From positions 1-64,000 of IMG/VR virus record IMGVR_UViG_3300042535_000023: a stretch of DNA of 64,000 nt; one strand, 5' to 3'. Position numbers and translations under genes: made by a program. This DNA comes from a virus. The notes under the pieces are model-generated. The model was not told where the DNA came from and ran no database searches. It was given only the letters and a program-made list of their open reading frames with translations. Below, piece after piece: positions 57,598 to 64,000 of the stretch (positions within the stretch are counted from its first letter, which is position 1; every line of letters starts with the position of its first letter).

Positions 57598-59852
57598 TAT
57601 CTACTCCATTTTATAGACAAATTAATATTTAAATCTTTAGGTTCTTGTATGTTGACCAATTTTACATATATACTTTTACTTTCTCCGGGGGAAATATTTT
57701 CTAATTTTACTGTTGGATAAGTTAATACCCTTCTAATTTTAGTAGAAATATGATCATGCTCAGAAACAAAGGTAAATTTTAATTGGTAATAAGAACTTTT
57801 AGGCAATTCGCCACCATTTTTATTTATAGTATACCAATCTAATTTACTAGTATCTCCCCACACAGGGTCGTAACTTAATGGAAATACCTTATAATCTATT
57901 TTACTTTGATCATCGTAGTCCAAATAAAAAACCGCCGGCTTAGAAGAAGTTACTCCAAAATTCTTAAATGTATTTATTATAACAAGGGTTACTTTATCTA
58001 TAACATAAACTACTCTTAATTTTTCACTATAAATATAAATATTTTTTGGGGATAAACATACATGATCTGCTTTGGATGGCAACATCATTTTAAACATAAG
58101 AACCCCAGAAATATCTATATGTCCTAAAATATCTCCGTTTATATACCAAACAGTGTCATCATCATCTGAATAAATGTAAGAGAGATTAAAATCTAAGGCT
58201 GAGGAAAAAGTAACAGCCCCATTGTGTGATACTCTATGAAGATTCCAACCTATAGACTCGAATACCCAACAACCATTATCAGTTGTTGAGGCTACAGCTG
58301 TAGGAGATGAAAAATATTTTTCATATAGTTTTGTTCCATAAGAATCCCTGTGAACTAGTGACCCCTTTTTTTTATTTGTATACCAAATACCACTACCACG
58401 TTTCTCTACTGAAAAATCATATATATAATCATCTTTATTTAAATTATAGGTCTCTGTAAAATCGGCTGCATTAATAATGTTAATATTAGTTAAAGTTCCT
58501 AAAATTTTACTATAGCCCCAAATAGAAGAACCTGCGTAAGAAAACTCCATCTTATTAAATTGAGAGTTAGTAGCAGAAACATTACTCAATAAAATACCAT
58601 CTTTATTATAAACAGTCAAGTATGTAGATGAATTATAAGCTATTAAATTTCTCAGAGGACTAACAGCCACACAATTAGGAGGAGAATAATAATTAGCAGG
58701 GTTCCAATATATATCTAAACTACCCAAAGTAGTGTTATATTTTTTAAGTCCTACACTGGTGCCCCAGTATAATTCCTCTAAAGCGATAGGTTTTGTATTA
58801 GAACTTCTTATTTCAACATTTTTTTCTAAACCACCAGAAACCTTTATCTCATCAATATCAATATAACTATTTTTTAATTTATCAATTGAATATAATATTG
58901 GTGATATATAAAAAGCATTAAATGGGACTTTATCTAAAATATAATCAGATACATAGGAATAAATAATTGTTTCGCCTACATATGGTAATAAAAAAATATG
59001 ACCTTCACCGGCCTCACAGTTAGCAGTAATTACTGACAAAGGTTGATTAGCGCCAACAATACAAACCATGTTACCGCCACCATAATTAATACTCATTTGT
59101 ATCTGATTAGAGATGGCAGAATAAAAAACCGGAATTATCGGTTGGGTATCTATATGGGGATTAGATATAAAATATGAATTACTAGTAACATCCCTAACAT
59201 AATTTGGATCATAATAACCCCAACCTGGAACAATATCATATATCCCCGCAGCAACAAAAATGGGGGCCTGATCCGCTAAAACAAAATTAATATAGCAACC
59301 ACCCCCAACATGACCATCGCCTGCTACAGCTATCCCAATTTGACAAGGAACACTAAAAGCTAATGATCCAATACTAGTAAAATAGCCCTTATTCTCTAAA
59401 ATAAACTCCAAATTATTAGAAAGATTCCAACTTCTTTCATAAAAAAGCCCAGCTAGATTTTGTAAATAACCACTTATAATATATACACCATTAACTACAT
59501 CTACGGTAAGATCTAAGGCAGTAAATAAACTATAACTACCAATACCGGATGCCAACACAAACAAACTTCCTGAAGTAGTTGTTATATCATCTGAACCTGT
59601 ATAACCTCTATCAACAGCAATGTGCCCATCAGAATCTATATAGGTTCCAGTAAAAGCACCTAAACTTTTATTTAATAATATATTTGTGCCAATTTCTAAA
59701 GAAAAATTGTTTGTTATTGGGGCTATACTAATATAATCATGACTACCATCTTCAGAATATTCTACATAAACATAAGCGTCGGAGGCAGTAGAACCAGAAT
59801 TAGTGATTGGTACCTCATAAACAAAGTCTATATCATCCATAACTATATCCAT
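57597..59852 (-). CDS. Virion protein with beta-propeller, paralog of 54868..57597
   Basis: Shared RSSNxxP..xELYWG, GIWY/GCWV blades, YDPVWG...LPK..YxQxKF, VKxExIxP. Confidence 0.8.
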   Translation of the reverse strand: MDIVMDDIDFVYEVPITNSGSTASDAYVYVEYSEDGSHDYISIAPITNNFSLEIGTNILLNKSLGAFTGTYIDSDGHIAVDRGYTGSDDITTTSGSLFVLASGIGSYSLFTALDLTVDVVNGVYIISGYLQNLAGLFYERSWNLSNNLEFILENKGYFTSIGSLAFSVPCQIGIAVAGDGHVGGGCYINFVLADQAPIFVAAGIYDIVPGWGYYDPNYVRDVTSNSYFISNPHIDTQPIIPVFYSAISNQIQMSINYGGGNMVCIVGANQPLSVITANCEAGEGHIFLLPYVGETIIYSYVSDYILDKVPFNAFYISPILYSIDKLKNSYIDIDEIKVSGGLEKNVEIRSSNTKPIALEELYWGTSVGLKKYNTTLGSLDIYWNPANYYSPPNCVAVSPLRNLIAYNSSTYLTVYNKDGILLSNVSATNSQFNKMEFSYAGSSIWGYSKILGTLTNINIINAADFTETYNLNKDDYIYDFSVEKRGSGIWYTNKKKGSLVHRDSYGTKLYEKYFSSPTAVASTTDNGCWVFESIGWNLHRVSHNGAVTFSSALDFNLSYIYSDDDDTVWYINGDILGHIDISGVLMFKMMLPSKADHVCLSPKNIYIYSEKLRVVYVIDKVTLVIINTFKNFGVTSSKPAVFYLDYDDQSKIDYKVFPLSYDPVWGDTSKLDWYTINKNGGELPKSSYYQLKFTFVSEHDHISTKIRRVLTYPTVKLENISPGESKSIYVKLVNIQEPKDLNINLSIKWSR

Positions 59853-59882
59853 AATCTTTCTCCTATAATATAGATAAGTTAC

Positions 59883-62800
59883 TTAAACAGGGGTTACCCA
59901 AGTGATTTCAAGGTTTGCTGTCTTCTTGCTGCAGGATTTAAAACTTGAGTCCTTATTTGTTCTAATAAATATAGGCACTTTTTCTCCTGCCGGAACTTGT
60001 TCGAATATAAAAGGAAATTGGCCATCAGAAACTTTATAAAAATTTATACCATCTTTAGATAACTCAACAAAACTATTTGGAGTAATGGCACTATCCTCTA
60101 TTGGGGATTGTTTTTCTATATCAAAGAAAGTTTTACAGTAATCGTAAACTCTTAAATTCTCAAAAATAGCACTACCAAAAGCATCATTATTATAAGCCAA
60201 AAATGTATTGGCACCGCCGAGTCTTAAATTAACCGATTTAGCATCCCCAATAGTCCATGGATCTTTGCTGGCTAATACTAAAACACCATTCAAATAAAGA
60301 CGCACTGTGTCCCCATTGTCAGTATTCATGCCATCATTGCTCCAAACTAAAGCCACATGCATTGGAACTTTATAACTAATATAAAATTCTGGTAATATTT
60401 TTTCACTATCATGCAAATAAATAATTTTATAATTTGTTTTAGCGTTACCAACACCAACCTCAAACCAAGAGGCTGATCTTATACCTAAAGAAACAATATC
60501 ATTATTATTATTTACCAAAGTAAATAAAGTTCTTGAATTTATATTCCCATATAAATCCAAACCTTGAGAATCACAATAAGGCTTAAACCAAAATTCTACG
60601 GTACCTTTATTTAATGTTAAATTAGATATAGGAATCTCTAAAAACTCGTTCCAAGTTAAACACAGCCCTTTACCAAAATGAACCGTATCTTCAAAATAGT
60701 TACGTTTAATCTTAAAACTATCTATACACATATAAAATGATTTTCCTACCCCAGAGTAAATCAACCCGATAGATTCAAAAGGCCTGTACATGAAATTTAA
60801 ATTATTATCTAATCTGCCAGTCGAATTATTTTTTGTAGGATTAGTAAAATCAAAATTATTAAAAGGTATCTCTATTTTGTTCCATCCTGTAACCAAATTC
60901 AAATTAGTAAAATCTTTTATATAATAACCTAACGGGGTATTATTTTTAAAAGAGCCGAAGGCTATACCACCGAAGGTAGTATCAATGGCCGTAATGTCAC
61001 TTATATATAACCAAAAAGATAACAAATCCATTTCAGAAAAATTATTATCTATATCAAAATTGTCTCCTTGTAAAAATTCTACTAAATCTATTCCTGAAGA
61101 AGTTGGATAATCTACTCTTAAAGATCTTTTTGATTCTTTAACATTTAAACTATCATTAGACAACGTGCTTAAAACTGACCGCCACCACCAATGATAGCTT
61201 ACTGGGTCAAATTTTTGATCTGAGTATATTCTAATATTCCCAACTGTATGTGGCCCGTAATGATTCGTATTATTATCGTAAGAATAATTAGTAGCCGTGT
61301 CATAAGTCAGGGCTATCCATTTTAATTTGTCTGCCCTCTTTTTTACTACTGGTATACCGACACCCCAAGAATATGGAGTACTTTCATGAATTACTCCTTT
61401 AATTATATAATAACCTTCATTTGAAATATGTAATAAACTATTTTGAGAAACCCAACCGGCACCTAATATAGAAGCTGATAGTTCAATAATATCTTTATTT
61501 CCTATAAATTGTAATCCTATAAAATTGTTTTTTAATGCACCATAAGATTCCCAAGTTACTGTATAAGAACCGACCGGCAAAAAAGTAGACTCGGAAAAAA
61601 TATACTCAATAGAATCAGACATCAGTTGTTTAATAGCAGATGAATAAAAAGTTAAATAATTACCGGCCGAGGTTGCAAAAGAAACTTTATTAGGATTATT
61701 ATTTGCACTATCTGAACAACTAAAAAACTCCCCGTACTCATTCCAAAGTTTATAATAATATAATCTACCTTCCTTAACAAATTGAGATTTACTAATAAGC
61801 TCATAGTTTGTGACACTAAAAAAATCCTTCATATTAATACAAATTATAGGATGGTCCTCGCTACTCATCTCACCGCCTTTAGATGTAGTGTATACTTCAA
61901 ACTCGCTAACAAAACCACCATCTAAGTGTAATGAAACATCTGCATCCGGATTATAAATATAATCATCTCCATGAGCATAATTCAATATCTTCAACCTGAC
62001 ACGCATAGCGTCCACTGGTGAAAAATAATGAGAAGTTATTAAATCTAAATTATCTTCTATATCTAATACTTTTTCAAAATCTTCTCCTGAGGCTGTTGAA
62101 GAAGTCCATACTGCGTAGTCTATATTATAATAAGCCTTATCATTACCTGGACCATGATAAATTACCACACGTTCTATATTTTGTATAGTATCGAATGTTA
62201 ATTCTAAAGTTGGGTCTTCATCAGAAGATAAAAATCCCCAACATGAATCGAAACTTCCAATAGATTTAATACCATCATTAACATTTGCTGGACTTAAGTT
62301 TGTAACAGTATAGGACGAACCACTAACTGTAACATAAGATGAGCCACTTACAGTTGCAGTAAGAGCCACATTTATAGGAGTAATATAATAATTTGTAAGT
62401 TTGCTACCCAAATCCACCCAATTACAATTATAGCCGCCTGCTCTTGTGTAAGGAGTAGTTATGTCTGGATAAACTCCTAGTTTGTCTATACACCTTGTGA
62501 CGCCATCACCGCAGGTTAAATTTATACGTAACCATCTCGCTTCTGGGTCTTCCAAATATGTATACTTTTCAGAAGGAACTGTAAAGGACTCGGTCCAAAG
62601 AGCTGTTCCTCTAATTATGATAATTTCATCTAAATAGCCTTTAAAGTAGTTTTGTGAATTATCTCCCCACATATAGTAGTAACCCACAAGAAAATACTCA
62701 TCAGCAGTACCTTGATGAAAATCTGATATAGCAAAAGCACCAGAATTTTGCAAAATACCATTTTTAAATGCGTATATTTTACCTTCTTTTCTACAAAGTG

Positions 62801-64000
62801 CCCAGTGTGTCCATGTATCGTAAGTAACAGCACCCATAGAAAAGGTATAATGTCCATAACCACCATAATACGATGCTAAATACATAATGTCCGCCGATAC
62901 AATTATTGAATACCCATAATTATTAGAATAAGACATAACAGAAGATATAGCTATACCTTTATTCCCTACTGCTCGCTTTTCCCACCAATGCATAGTAAAA
63001 TCATCGGTCCTCAACATTAATTTTTCTACAGTATTATCTGTAGATTTATATTTTACTTTTAAGTAAGAGGAGCCATTTAAGTAAAGGGAGCCTTCAGGGA
63101 ATTTATAAGTGCTTCCGCTTATTGTTGGGGTACCTACAGTACTAATTTTATAATAGTTTTGAGAAGTATCCACAAAATTAATAGCATCAAACTGTAATAA
63201 TAAAGTTGGTTTTGGATTATTCCATATAACCTTACTTGGTGATTCTACATCACTATTTGAATAATACGTCCTCATGTCCTTTGTTATAAAATACTTATTT
63301 GATAAAGACCCATAATTACGCACTATACTTAGGTTATGTGCTTTCTTTAAATCCACCGCTATCGAATTTTCATAAAAAGTATCATGCTTTCCTATAGTTG
63401 CGCTACCCAATTTTAAATAATTTATATTATTGTTACTTACATAAATATCAAAAGAAGTATTAAAAGTATTAATATGTCTTATTTTTATTGTATCAATTAA
63501 ATCACCACATTTTAAATTAAAAGCCACACTTCTCTGCCCTGATATAGAGTCATTACTTAACATAGGCGCCCCACATATTTTACACGCAAGAGTCCCTATA
63601 TTAGTTATTTTTATTTTTGCTATTTTGGAATCAGTCATATAACCGTTGTATATCTCGGTTCCATCTAATAAACAAACAAGATTTTTATTTTTACGTTTTA
63701 TTATTAATCTACTATTTGTCACGCGTGAAAAAGTAGTAACTTCAAAAGATGGAAAAGTATCCCTATTATTGCTTACAATAGTCATCATCTTATAGCTTGT
63801 GGAAGCATCACTAAAAAGTCTTACTTTACATACTAACTGATTATAAGCATCGTAAAAGTAATAGTTCATGTCTATAGTGGCTGTAGAGATACCTACAGCG
63901 TAAAAATGAACATCAAAAGTAAAATCGGATATTAATTCAACATCAGCTGTTATCTCGCTTAAACCTGTAGAATTAAACTTCGCATAACTATTATTTATAT
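59883..64000 (-). CDS. Very large virion protein (LamG + discoidin-like + LamG-like), 5'-partial
   Basis: Frame stays open from 63869 to the window end, so the true start lies outside; DDFTMHWW...WTHWAL...GYLDEI; GTVEFWFKP...HVALVW...LYLNG. Confidence 0.85.
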   Translation of the reverse strand, partial: INNSYAKFNSTGLSEITADVELISDFTFDVHFYAVGISTATIDMNYYFYDAYNQLVCKVRLFSDASTSYKMMTIVSNNRDTFPSFEVTTFSRVTNSRLIIKRKNKNLVCLLDGTEIYNGYMTDSKIAKIKITNIGTLACKICGAPMLSNDSISGQRSVAFNLKCGDLIDTIKIRHINTFNTSFDIYVSNNNINYLKLGSATIGKHDTFYENSIAVDLKKAHNLSIVRNYGSLSNKYFITKDMRTYYSNSDVESPSKVIWNNPKPTLLLQFDAINFVDTSQNYYKISTVGTPTISGSTYKFPEGSLYLNGSSYLKVKYKSTDNTVEKLMLRTDDFTMHWWEKRAVGNKGIAISSVMSYSNNYGYSIIVSADIMYLASYYGGYGHYTFSMGAVTYDTWTHWALCRKEGKIYAFKNGILQNSGAFAISDFHQGTADEYFLVGYYYMWGDNSQNYFKGYLDEIIIIRGTALWTESFTVPSEKYTYLEDPEARWLRINLTCGDGVTRCIDKLGVYPDITTPYTRAGGYNCNWVDLGSKLTNYYITPINVALTATVSGSSYVTVSGSSYTVTNLSPANVNDGIKSIGSFDSCWGFLSSDEDPTLELTFDTIQNIERVVIYHGPGNDKAYYNIDYAVWTSSTASGEDFEKVLDIEDNLDLITSHYFSPVDAMRVRLKILNYAHGDDYIYNPDADVSLHLDGGFVSEFEVYTTSKGGEMSSEDHPIICINMKDFFSVTNYELISKSQFVKEGRLYYYKLWNEYGEFFSCSDSANNNPNKVSFATSAGNYLTFYSSAIKQLMSDSIEYIFSESTFLPVGSYTVTWESYGALKNNFIGLQFIGNKDIIELSASILGAGWVSQNSLLHISNEGYYIIKGVIHESTPYSWGVGIPVVKKRADKLKWIALTYDTATNYSYDNNTNHYGPHTVGNIRIYSDQKFDPVSYHWWWRSVLSTLSNDSLNVKESKRSLRVDYPTSSGIDLVEFLQGDNFDIDNNFSEMDLLSFWLYISDITAIDTTFGGIAFGSFKNNTPLGYYIKDFTNLNLVTGWNKIEIPFNNFDFTNPTKNNSTGRLDNNLNFMYRPFESIGLIYSGVGKSFYMCIDSFKIKRNYFEDTVHFGKGLCLTWNEFLEIPISNLTLNKGTVEFWFKPYCDSQGLDLYGNINSRTLFTLVNNNNDIVSLGIRSASWFEVGVGNAKTNYKIIYLHDSEKILPEFYISYKVPMHVALVWSNDGMNTDNGDTVRLYLNGVLVLASKDPWTIGDAKSVNLRLGGANTFLAYNNDAFGSAIFENLRVYDYCKTFFDIEKQSPIEDSAITPNSFVELSKDGINFYKVSDGQFPFIFEQVPAGEKVPIFIRTNKDSSFKSCSKKTANLEITWVTPV

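Noticed and set aside
1-64000. Stop-codon reassignment, as seen in some large phages
   Set aside because: Core genes are full length in code 11, and TAA, TAG and TGA all end genes at tight junctions
1-64000. Cellular (bacterial or archaeal) chromosome origin
   Set aside because: Single-strand gene packing, phage-type ligase, divergent replication genes clustered together, many tiny ORFs and tail-like proteins, with no ribosomal or central metabolic operons; capsid and terminase genes are not in this window, so viral origin is inferred

Overview
AT-rich segment of a large dsDNA tailed-phage genome, probably a jumbo phage. Every credible gene is on the minus strand. In transcription order (right to left) there are four blocks. 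(1) 41.8-64 kb: very large virion-type proteins carrying LamG, SPRY, discoidin, DUF2341 and beta-propeller domains, plus three tandem tail-protein paralogs. (2) 30.1-41.8 kb: a bacterial-style replication/recombination operon (DnaN, RecA, DnaB, DnaG, DnaJ, RuvC-like, PD-(D/E)XK exonuclease) interrupted by a methyltransferase plus IceA/NlaIII-like endonuclease pair. (3) 16.4-30.1 kb: a glycan-synthesis island with six glycosyltransferases, four SAM methyltransferases, a sulfotransferase, a dehydratase/reductase/2-epimerase set for a UDP-6-deoxy-L-HexNAc, DUF4254 and a KdsC-like protein; ThyX and an atypical tRNA-CAT are embedded in it. (4) 0-16.4 kb: DnaX, PolA, dUTPase, class II RNR, a second sulfotransferase, RNase HII, an RlaP-like nucleotidyltransferase, SemiSWEET, DNA ligase, an HNH endonuclease and small ORFs. 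The best candidate for a new system is phage-encoded, cytoplasmic O-glycosylation of the virion with methylated and sulfated glycans. The island has no membrane or export components, and the virion proteins are strongly enriched in a T-x-S-G motif that could be the acceptor sequon. Other notable signals are a solitary integron attC-like site, an exact 26-bp repeat shared by three diverged tail paralogs, an A8 frameshift in one methyltransferase, and a clamp-binding motif in PolA. All family calls are by motif recognition only; no searches were run.
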